This document shows, piece by piece, positions 15,710 to 22,231 of a DNA stretch of 22,231 nt. The position numbers and the translations under genes are program-made. This DNA comes from a virus. Its lineage: Duplodnaviria > Heunggongvirae > Uroviricota > Caudoviricetes. Numbering within the stretch: the stretch's first letter is position 1; each line of letters starts with the position of its first letter. The notes below the pieces were generated by a model, which saw nothing but the letters and a program-made list of their open reading frames with translations, was not told the DNA's origin and did no database searches. The DNA is taken from positions 1 to 22,231 of the IMG/VR virus record IMGVR_UViG_3300048924_000203; one strand, written 5' to 3'.

Positions 15710-16824
15710 GTGACAACACTTCAATCGAATGGTGCGACTCGACGTGGAATCCAGTTTCGGGGTGCACCGAGGTGTCGCCTGGCTGTGATCACTGCTACGC
15801 CAAGACGTTCGCGGAACGGTGGCGCGGTACGCCGGGGCACTATTTCGAGCGCGGGTTCGACGTGCAGCTGCGGCCCGAGAAACTCGGCCAGCCGCTGCGG
15901 TGGCGGCGGCCGCGACGCATCTTCGTCAACTCGATGTCGGACCTGTTCCACGACGAGGTGCCCGACGAGCACATCGCGAAGGTGTTCGCGGTGATGTGCC
16001 ATGCGAGCCACCACACGTTCCAGTTGCTGACCAAGCGGCATGCGCGGATGCGCTCGCTGCTCTCGTCAGATCGGTTCCGCGAGTTGGTGTTCACGTCGAC
16101 CGAGCTGGACCCGCGGAGCCCGGACGGCACAACCGACATCCTGACCGACTACTGGCCGTTGCCGAACGTCTGGCTCGGCGTCAGTACCGAGAATCAGCAG
16201 TGGGCCGACATCCGCATCCCCGCGCTGCTGGACACCCCGGCGGCGGTCCGATTCATCAGCGCCGAACCACTACTCGGCCCGATCGACCTCAGCCGTTGGG
16301 TGTGCAACTGCGGCTCCGCAACGGACGACGACGCCGACCATTACGGCTGCACTGCCTGCACATGCGCGCGGTACGTCGTGGATCACAGCGACCCGGAGCC
16401 GCATCACCCGGAAAACGTTGACATAGAAGACGATCCAAACTGCCTGGCTCATCACCCAAAGCTGGGCTGGGTGATCGTCGGCGGTGAGTCCGGGCCTGGC
16501 GCAAGACCAATGCACCCAGACTGGGCGCGGTCACTGCGCGACCAGTGCACGGCTGCTGGTGTGCCGTTCCTGTTCAAACAGCGTGGTGAGTGGACGTGGA
16601 GCGAATCGGACCAGTTCCGTGTCCCGACAAAGCCGTACACCAATCGCGTTGCCGTGATGCACGGCAATGGCATGACGGCGATGACGAAGGAGAATCCCTT
16701 CAACCCCTTCGAGCGCGGGCATCCGCATTGGGCTACCCGCATCGAACGTGTCGGCAAGAAGCGTGCCGGCCGCGAGCTGGACGGCCGCACCTGGGATGAG
16801 TTCCCGGAGGTGTCCGGTGTCTGA
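15706..16824 (+). CDS. Phage Gp37/Gp68 (DUF5131) protein, radical-SAM-like
   Basis: TSIEWCDSTWNPVSGCTEVSPGCDHCYA (CX6CX2C); IFVNSMSDLFH; LLTKR; WLGVSTE; VIVGGESG; FLFKQ. Confidence 0.9.
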   Translation: MSDNTSIEWCDSTWNPVSGCTEVSPGCDHCYAKTFAERWRGTPGHYFERGFDVQLRPEKLGQPLRWRRPRRIFVNSMSDLFHDEVPDEHIAKVFAVMCHASHHTFQLLTKRHARMRSLLSSDRFRELVFTSTELDPRSPDGTTDILTDYWPLPNVWLGVSTENQQWADIRIPALLDTPAAVRFISAEPLLGPIDLSRWVCNCGSATDDDADHYGCTACTCARYVVDHSDPEPHHPENVDIEDDPNCLAHHPKLGWVIVGGESGPGARPMHPDWARSLRDQCTAAGVPFLFKQRGEWTWSESDQFRVPTKPYTNRVAVMHGNGMTAMTKENPFNPFERGHPHWATRIERVGKKRAGRELDGRTWDEFPEVSGV

Positions 16825-17362
16825 CCAGCTTGCCCTCATCGGCGATTCAACGCCGGCCACCGAGTGCAGCGCCGTGATCAGTGACTGCGGCCGTTACCGG
16901 TATGAGCTGCGGCGCATCTGGGATCCGACCGGGCCGCTGCTTGAGTTCGTCATGTTGAACCCGTCGACGGCTGACGGCTCGATCGATGACAACACGATCA
17001 GGCGCTGCATCGCGTTCGCTAAGGCGTGGGGTTACGGCGGCATCGTCGTACGCAACTTATATTCGCTCCGCGCCACGAATCCCGAAGTGTTGCTGAACTA
17101 CTCAGGCGACAGCTATGGGCCGCGCAACGACGAATTCCTGGGCAACAACGTAGCTGACTGCACCATCGTCGCTTGGGGCGCTCACGCCGCCACGCTGTCT
17201 GCCAGCGCCGTCGCCACGATCAACACCCTGCAGCTGTGTCGGCCACGCCTGTTCTGCCTCGGCACCAACCAGAACGGATCGCCCAAGCACCCGCTGTACG
17301 TGCCGGCCGACCGCACACCTGTGCGCTGGCATCCCAACCGGAAGGAGGCGACCCATGCCTGA
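16817..17362 (+). CDS. DUF1643-family protein (181 aa)
   Basis: YRYELRRIW...FVMLNPSTAD...DNTIRRC...NLYSLRATNP...AWG...PKHPLY. Confidence 0.85.
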   Translation: MSDQLALIGDSTPATECSAVISDCGRYRYELRRIWDPTGPLLEFVMLNPSTADGSIDDNTIRRCIAFAKAWGYGGIVVRNLYSLRATNPEVLLNYSGDSYGPRNDEFLGNNVADCTIVAWGAHAATLSASAVATINTLQLCRPRLFCLGTNQNGSPKHPLYVPADRTPVRWHPNRKEATHA

Positions 17363-17570
17363 GACGGCAGCGAAACCGATGGACGTGTTCATCGTGGTGG
17401 ACAGCGCAGATGACCCGGTATATCGGCATCCATCCCGCGTCGCTCGGGTGCTGCTGAGCCAATTCGAGGTCCAGTCGCTCACCATCCTGGAGCGCGCTAC
17501 GGGCATGACATCCACCTACCGCTCCAACCCCGAAGGCGCTACACCGATCGGTAGGGGCAGCAATGCCTGA
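17355..17570 (+). CDS. Hypothetical protein (71 aa)
   Basis: GGAGG RBS; 8-bp overlaps with both neighbours. Confidence 0.6.
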   Translation: MPETAAKPMDVFIVVDSADDPVYRHPSRVARVLLSQFEVQSLTILERATGMTSTYRSNPEGATPIGRGSNA

Positions 17571-17934
17571 CAACCTGGAGCGCATCTACCGCGCCATCCC
17601 GCAGGTCGAATGCAAGGGCCTCTGCTCCCAGGCCTGTGGCCCGATCGATATGTCACGGGAGGAACGGCGGCGTATCGCTGAGCGCGGCGTCGTCATCCCG
17701 CCGCCGGACAGTGCCTTGGCGAACCTGCTCGACAACCCCGACTACCGCTGCCCGGCGTTGGACGACAACCAGCGGTGCACCGTGCACGAAGACCGTCCAC
17801 TGATCTGCCGGCTTTGGGGCGCAGTGGAATCCATGCCCTGCCCGCACGACTGTGAAGTCACACCGGGCCTGCTGATGGATCCCGGCGCGCAGTCCCTGAT
17901 CGGACGGTCACTGCGGCTGGACGTGACCAGATGA
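17563..17934 (+). CDS. YkgJ-like cysteine-cluster (Zn/Fe-S) protein
   Basis: CKGLCSQAC...CPAL...CTVHEDRPLICR...CPHDC. Confidence 0.8.
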   Translation: MPDNLERIYRAIPQVECKGLCSQACGPIDMSREERRRIAERGVVIPPPDSALANLLDNPDYRCPALDDNQRCTVHEDRPLICRLWGAVESMPCPHDCEVTPGLLMDPGAQSLIGRSLRLDVTR

Positions 17935-18086
17935 GTAGCTGCTGGTGTGGCGCCGGTGTCGTCTGCGAGGGCCAGAGCCGGTTCGACAACCTCACCGAGA
18001 AATGCGCCGGATATGGGCCGGAGGAGGACGACTCCTCCCACGCCGTTCACGTTCCCTACCAACAGAAACCGGAGACAACCCCTTGA
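17931..18086 (+). CDS. Small Cys-containing protein (51 aa; not in supplied track)
   Basis: ATGA and TTGA overlaps; MSSCWCGAGVVCEGQSRFDNLTEKCAGYGP... Confidence 0.5.
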   Translation: MSSCWCGAGVVCEGQSRFDNLTEKCAGYGPEEDDSSHAVHVPYQQKPETTP

Positions 18087-18811
18087 CCATTTACTGTTAC
18101 GACACTGAGTTCCACGACGATGGCCGCACCATCGATCTGATCTCGATCGGCATCGTGTGCGAGGACGGCCGCGAGTACTACGCGGTCAACGTCGACTGCG
18201 ACTTCTCGCCGATCTGCAACGACGACTGGCTGTGGACGAACGTCGTCCCGCACCTGCCGACCACGAAAACGGATTGGGACGACCCGCTTCGTGGCCGATT
18301 CGGGGACACCCGCCTGGACCTTCACGCCGCCGCGGTGAAGCCGAAATGGGTCATCGCCAACGAGGTTCGCCAATTCCTCGTCGGCGACATCAAGCCCATC
18401 GGCGAGAAGGACGGCGAACCGGTCTACGCCAGCGAGGACCTCCCACAGCTGTGGGCCTACTACGGCGCCTACGACCACGTCGCCCTGGCGCAGCTCTGGG
18501 GCCCGATGATCAGCCTGCCGGACCTCATGCCGATGTGGACTCACGACCTGATGCAGCTCATCGAGCCGCTGCAGCTTTTCGAGATGCCGGCCCATCACGG
18601 CGACGAGCACAACGCCCTGGCCGACGCCCGGTGGAACCTCGAAGTACTCCGCGCTGCCCGCCAGCACGTGGTTGATGCAGTCGACCCGCTGGATCCGATC
18701 CGGGAGGCGTACGACGAGTACCGGGCCGCTCTGGCCCGGCGAGAACACGGCGCCGTCGCGGCCGATCACCTCATCCGCGCGGTCGAAGAGCACCTGCAGG
18801 AGAAGAAATGA
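18083..18811 (+). CDS. DEDDh 3'-5' exoribonuclease (Rv2179c/RNase AS-like) with C-terminal helical extension
   Basis: TTG start overlapping the upstream stop; YDTEF, YDHVAL and HNALADA motifs. Confidence 0.85.
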   Translation: MTIYCYDTEFHDDGRTIDLISIGIVCEDGREYYAVNVDCDFSPICNDDWLWTNVVPHLPTTKTDWDDPLRGRFGDTRLDLHAAAVKPKWVIANEVRQFLVGDIKPIGEKDGEPVYASEDLPQLWAYYGAYDHVALAQLWGPMISLPDLMPMWTHDLMQLIEPLQLFEMPAHHGDEHNALADARWNLEVLRAARQHVVDAVDPLDPIREAYDEYRAALARREHGAVAADHLIRAVEEHLQEKK

Positions 18812-19218
18812 GCACCGGACTCTCGCCCCGCCAGATGTACCGCCTCGACATGGCGTGCACTGCAATCCACGAAGCATTCGTCGACGGCAGAGGACCGCTC
18901 ACCGGCCTGTACCTCGTCGGGTCCGCCGTGAAGGGTGACAACTCGGCCGGCCGCCGCGACGTCGACGTGCGCCTCATGCTCGATGCACCCGAATACGCCG
19001 CACTCGTCGACACGATCGGCATCCACGCCGTCCGGTTCCTCGGCATCGCCATCGGCGACCACCTCGCAACGATCAGCGGCCTGCCGATCGACTTCCAGAT
19101 ACAGCAGACCCAAGAGGCGAACGAAAAGCACGGCGGCGCATACCGAAACCCGCTCGGCTGCCGCTCACTGTGCAACTTCATCGGCGACGGAGAGCCCTCG
19201 AAGGCGGAATCACGATGA
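18808..19218 (+). CDS. Minimal Pol-beta-superfamily nucleotidyltransferase
   Basis: LYLVGS...RDVDVRL...PIDFQIQ (GS, DxD and third Asp). Confidence 0.75.
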   Translation: MSTGLSPRQMYRLDMACTAIHEAFVDGRGPLTGLYLVGSAVKGDNSAGRRDVDVRLMLDAPEYAALVDTIGIHAVRFLGIAIGDHLATISGLPIDFQIQQTQEANEKHGGAYRNPLGCRSLCNFIGDGEPSKAESR

Positions 19219-19445
19219 GTGACGTCTACACGTGCACCTACCAGCAGCTGTTCAACGAGTTCGGCGCGCCCGGCATCCCGAACACCTACGAAGCCACGCT
19301 GTTCAAGAACGGCAAGCGGGTCAAGTCACGCACATATCACTGGCGGCGGAACGCCGAAAGCCAGTGCCTGCGTTGGCGTCAGCTGCACGACGCGACCGTG
19401 GAGGCCGTCGATGAGCCCCTTCGGGGCGCCGGATGCATGACCTGA
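19215..19445 (+). CDS. Hypothetical protein (76 aa)
   Basis: ATGA-coupled start MSDVYT. Confidence 0.6.
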   Translation: MSDVYTCTYQQLFNEFGAPGIPNTYEATLFKNGKRVKSRTYHWRRNAESQCLRWRQLHDATVEAVDEPLRGAGCMT

Positions 19446-19603
19446 CCGACCCGACCGATCCGGATGTCACCGCAGCGCTGGAGTCCAAGTGCGGAATCTG
19501 CCAAGCACAACCCAGCTTCTGGTGCACCAACCCATGCGGCGGCGGACCACTACCCGGCCGCCTCGTCCATCACCAACGAATCCCGCTCCCGGCCAAACGA
19601 TAG
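19433..19603 (+). CDS. Small zinc-finger-like protein (56 aa; not in supplied track)
   Basis: MHDLTDPTDPDVTAALESKCGICQAQPSFWCTNPCGGGPLPGRLVHHQRIPLPAKR; CxxC...C...H pattern common in mycobacteriophages. Confidence 0.6.
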   Translation: MHDLTDPTDPDVTAALESKCGICQAQPSFWCTNPCGGGPLPGRLVHHQRIPLPAKR

Positions 19604-19615
19604 GAGAACCGAACT

Positions 19616-19657
19616 GTGAACAGATGCTCTGCGCAATGGGATCGGATGCAGCGATGA
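19616..19657 (+). CDS. Possible 13-codon leader ORF coupled to the HicA-like gene
   Basis: AGGAG at 19602-19606; GTG 19616; MNRCSAQWDRMQR; its TGA overlaps ATG 19654. Confidence 0.3.
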   Translation: MNRCSAQWDRMQR

Positions 19658-19962
19658 GCTCGGCTGCGCAGGCGCCCGGATTCGACGTGGACGCCAAGAA
19701 GATCCTGAAGGCGTACCTCGATGCCGGTTGGACCGCGACGAGTTCGACGAACAGTCACATGATCCTGCGGGCACCGGACGGTGTCACGACGACGGCGTTG
19801 TGCAGCCGGGCGAACGGCCGGACCGGGAAGAACGCGATGGCCCCGCTGAATCGGTGGCTCCGCACCCAGAAGCGTGCCCAGAAACCGCAGGACAAACCGA
19901 AACCTGTAGTGCGACAGCCTCGAAAGGTAGGTGCTTCTGATGGCCGGCGTCGCTGCTCCTGA
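19654..19962 (+). CDS. HicA-like (dsRBD-fold) protein with basic tail, no HicB partner visible
   Basis: KKILKAYLDAGWTATSSTNSHMILRAPDG resembles the HicA L..xGW...GSH..L..PDG pattern. Confidence 0.55.
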   Translation: MSSAAQAPGFDVDAKKILKAYLDAGWTATSSTNSHMILRAPDGVTTTALCSRANGRTGKNAMAPLNRWLRTQKRAQKPQDKPKPVVRQPRKVGASDGRRRCS

Positions 19963-20263
19963 CACCAGCCCCGCATCGGCCTGGCGGTCACCGTCATTGG
20001 TTCCGGCGCCGTGCCAGATGAACGAGACCGGGCACTGCAAAGCGGGCCGTCACGGACGGTGCCCGTACCGGCCCGGCGGCCCGTGCGCGAACGGCATCCG
20101 GATCAACGAGGCATGGGTGACGGTCCCGTACGGGAGCAACGGCCACCTCAGTGCGCTCGTAGTCGCTGAACTTGTTGAACCACATCACATCTACCGCTGC
20201 CCGTGTAAGTGCCACCACGAGGGCATCCCGGGGCAACTAGACCTATTTGGAGGACTGCTATGA
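19940..20263 (+). CDS. Cys/His-rich protein ending in a QLDLF motif
   Basis: CQMNETGHCKAGRHGRC...YRCPCKCH; start uncertain (GTG 19931 or ATG 19940). Confidence 0.65.
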   Translation: MAGVAAPDTSPASAWRSPSLVPAPCQMNETGHCKAGRHGRCPYRPGGPCANGIRINEAWVTVPYGSNGHLSALVVAELVEPHHIYRCPCKCHHEGIPGQLDLFGGLL

Positions 20264-20469
20264 CAGGTTTGCGTGACCTGATCCGCGACAACATCGGCGG
20301 AGTCCTGGCCGTGTTCGATGAGCACGAGGCCGGCATCTACTCGGCCGAAGACATCGGCACCGAGGAAGACCGGTACAGCTGCCCGCAGAAGTGCGCATTC
20401 ATTGGGACACAGTCGGAATGGTGCGACCACCTGGCCGACAAGCTGGCCGATGCGTTGGAGGCGAAATGA
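20260..20469 (+). CDS. Hypothetical protein (69 aa)
   Basis: GGAGG RBS; ATGA overlaps; CPQKC...WCDHLA. Confidence 0.65.
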   Translation: MTGLRDLIRDNIGGVLAVFDEHEAGIYSAEDIGTEEDRYSCPQKCAFIGTQSEWCDHLADKLADALEAK

Positions 20470-20774
20470 ACCCCTATCTCGACACGGTCGAAGAAGAAGA
20501 CAAGCCGGTCAAGGTGTTGCCGTGTCGGTCCGATCCCGACCAGTGGTTCGTGGAAGCCACGACCCCGCGCAACAGTGAGGTCGTCGACGCCGTGATCCGC
20601 GAGTGTCTCCGGTGCCCAGCACTCGATGCGTGCGGTGAACTAGCGGCGAAAATCCGGCCGACGCACGGGGTGTGGGCAGGCCGGGACTGGACGAAGCCCC
20701 CGTCTCATCAGCCGCGCGGTGACCGAATCACGCGGCAGCACATGGCCGGTGCCCGAAAGAGAGAAGCGACGTAA
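20466..20774 (+). CDS. whiB: WhiB-family Fe-S transcription factor
   Basis: PCRSDPDQWF...CLRCPALDAC...GVWAG (four Cys plus the GVWxG turn). Confidence 0.88.
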   Translation: MNPYLDTVEEEDKPVKVLPCRSDPDQWFVEATTPRNSEVVDAVIRECLRCPALDACGELAAKIRPTHGVWAGRDWTKPPSHQPRGDRITRQHMAGARKREAT

Positions 20775-20775
20775 C

Positions 20776-20794
20776 GGGTGCCGTCGCACCCTTT
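20776..20794 (+). terminator. Putative intrinsic terminator after whiB
   Basis: GGGTGC-cgtc-GCACCC-TTT. Confidence 0.45.
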
Positions 20795-20812
20795 GCATAC
20801 CGTTAAAGCCCT

Positions 20813-20845
20813 ACCAATGCCCCACCAATGCACCACCAATGCCCC
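20813..20845 (+). repeat. Three tandem 11-bp repeats ACCAATGC(C/A)CC
   Basis: ACCAATGCCCC / ACCAATGCACC / ACCAATGCCCC. Confidence 0.85.
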
Positions 20846-20877
20846 ACTTAAAAGGACATGACTACTGGAGGATGAGA

Positions 20878-21069
20878 ATGACAGTCGCGCAACGCCGTTG
20901 GGCATCGAAGGCCACGTTGGCCAAATATCTCGACGTGGACCCAGAGACCATCGAACGGTGGCGCGAACAGGGGCTGATCACGGCGTACCGGTGCGGGCCC
21001 AAGCTATTGCGGTACGACATCGCTGAGATCGACGACATGATCACCTCCAGCACCGAGGTGGCCAGCTGA
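20878..21069 (+). CDS. Second excisionase-like (HTH_17/MerR-like) DNA-binding protein (63 aa)
   Basis: GGAGG at 20867-20871; WASKATLAKYLDVDPETIERWREQGLITAYRCGPKLLRYD. Confidence 0.8.
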   Translation: MTVAQRRWASKATLAKYLDVDPETIERWREQGLITAYRCGPKLLRYDIAEIDDMITSSTEVAS

Positions 21070-21092
21070 TGACCGCAGCGAGGCGGCGATAG
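21069..21092 (+). CDS. 7-codon minigene MTAARRR bridging the HTH stop and the Rep start
   Basis: TGA/ATG share base 21069; TAG/GTG share base 21092. Confidence 0.35.
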   Translation: MTAARRR

Positions 21093-21583
21093 TGGGACGC
21101 CGCAACCCCATCCACGTCATCGGTGACCCGATCCGGAAGGGCGTCACCTGGCTGTCCGATGAACTGATCCGGTCCGGGGCGCACGACGACGCCCTCGGAT
21201 CAGATGGCTTCGTCGTCATCGCGTTCCTGTTGTCGTGGGCGACCTCGCCGGACACGGCGAATCGTGTCTGGGAAACGTCCGCTGCCCACATATCTGAGCA
21301 TTTCGGGTGGGGCGCCAACCGTCGGCGCGCTACCAAGGCCATCGAATCGGCCGTCAAAGACGGACGTCTCATCGTCCGGGAGTACTTCCAGAACGGACAG
21401 ATCGTCCCTCGGCGCCGTGCCTATGTCGTCGCCGCCGGCGGCCGCCGATTCACCGACAAGGAACGCCTGTGCTGGTCCGATCCGATTCGTATCCCTGACC
21501 GCAAGGCCGCCGACTCCGACTTGCACCAGAACGGTGCAACGCCGATGCCCGGTTCTTGCACCACAAAGGTGCAAGACCGATGA
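21092..21583 (+). CDS. Putative replication initiator (winged-HTH), 163 aa
   Basis: WLSDELIRS...FLLSW...SAAHISEHFGWG...TKAIESAVKDGRL resembles initiator wHTH domains; iteron array begins in its 3' end. Confidence 0.6.
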   Translation: MGRRNPIHVIGDPIRKGVTWLSDELIRSGAHDDALGSDGFVVIAFLLSWATSPDTANRVWETSAAHISEHFGWGANRRRATKAIESAVKDGRLIVREYFQNGQIVPRRRAYVVAAGGRRFTDKERLCWSDPIRIPDRKAADSDLHQNGATPMPGSCTTKVQDR

Positions 21584-21816
21584 CCACGACATGCACCAGA
21601 ACGGTGCAACTTCAGACGGCAAATACGGCGCCAACCTTGCACCTTTTCTTGTGCAACATCACGGCCCGCACCATGCACCGTTCCGGTGCAACATCGCGGC
21701 CCGAACCTTGCACCAACGGTGGTGCAACACAGGACAACCTACTTACTTACGTAAGTAGGAACCTCACGTCCAGCAGGGGGATTGGGACAACCAAACCCGT
21801 CATGCACTGCGTGCAA
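21521..21816. repeat. Putative replication origin: palindromic iterons (T/A)TGCACC-N5/6-GGTGCAA plus an AT-rich palindrome
   Basis: Copies at 21521, 21556, 21591, 21637, 21673 and 21708; short variant at 21802; CCTACTTAC-ttac-GTAAGTAGG at 21738-21759. Confidence 0.8.
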
Positions 21817-21921
21817 GACGGATCCAAAAACCCCTACCGCAACGTGACTGCCCAATCACCGAAGCAACTCAGCCATCGAGGTAACCAACAGACCGCACGC
21901 ACGGAGAGAACGGAGCGACCG

Positions 21922-22231
21922 ATGCCCGACCGATACGGAGAACCCGACGACGAACCGATCGTGGATCTCGATGCGCCTGTCACTGATTTTGATTCGGGGC
22001 GTCGTGCTCGTGAAGCGGCCGCCGCGCGTCAGCGCGCCAGTGAGCAGCGCGGCCGGTTGGCTGAATCCCGTGCTGTTCACGCGCCGCTCGACTCCGCCCA
22101 GTCCGCGGCTGTCCGGCAGCATCGGCACGCTGTCACCGATCGGGCTGAGGCGTGGCGCCGCGCCGCGCGGATCGCGAACTGCCCGCTGTGTGACGACGAG
22201 GGCTACACGCCTGGGCTGATGATTTGCGACC
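21922..22231 (+). CDS. Hypothetical protein downstream of rep/ori, C-terminal CxxC; truncated by the window end (not in supplied track)
   Basis: GGAG RBS; MPDRYGEPDDEP...IANCPLCDDEGYTPGLMICD; this type commonly follows the initiator in temperate mycobacteriophages. Confidence 0.7.
   Translation, partial: MPDRYGEPDDEPIVDLDAPVTDFDSGRRAREAAAARQRASEQRGRLAESRAVHAPLDSAQSAAVRQHRHAVTDRAEAWRRAARIANCPLCDDEGYTPGLMICD

Larger units (their letters stand above)
86..22231. mobile_element. Temperate actinophage/prophage, left (immunity, early and replication) arm; continues beyond the window
   Basis: Begins at a tRNA-derived att core; repressor/Cro divergent switch; about 45 co-oriented genes joined by ATGA/GTGA/TGATG overlaps; typical actinophage early genes (WhiB, HNH, AAA ATPase, DUF5131, Rep with iterons). 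Confidence 0.93.

Noticed and set aside
21971-22219. 82-aa plus-strand ORF in the supplied track
   Set aside because: Off-frame to the better-supported gene starting at 21922, which was omitted from the track because it runs off the window.

Overview
Left arm of a temperate actinobacterial phage or prophage, most likely from Mycobacterium/Mycolicibacterium (inferred from PE-PPE, CDGP and WhiB family genes, high GC and the tRNA-Leu(CAA) target). The window opens at an attachment junction: the 3' half of tRNA-Leu(CAA) on the minus strand at 86-131, flanked by phased repeat arrays. No integrase is in the window. Next come an immunity region (XRE gene, small divergent gene, repressor, operator/promoter region, Cro, Xis-like HTH) and about 20 kb of tightly coupled rightward early genes. 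These include a secreted PE-PPE-type serine hydrolase, a CDGP-type secreted protein, a Gam/Gp157-like protein with an AAA ATPase, an HNH nuclease, a PD-(D/E)XK nuclease with an SNF2 helicase and ASCH protein, DUF5131/DUF1643/YkgJ-like genes, a DEDDh exoribonuclease with a minimal nucleotidyltransferase, an orphan HicA-like protein and WhiB. The window ends in a replication module: terminator, triple 11-bp repeat, second Xis-like HTH, 7-codon minigene, wHTH initiator and palindromic iterons. Family assignments come from motif recognition by eye; no database searches were run. Several start codons were re-called from RBS and stop/start overlaps, and six short ORFs absent from the supplied track were translated by hand.
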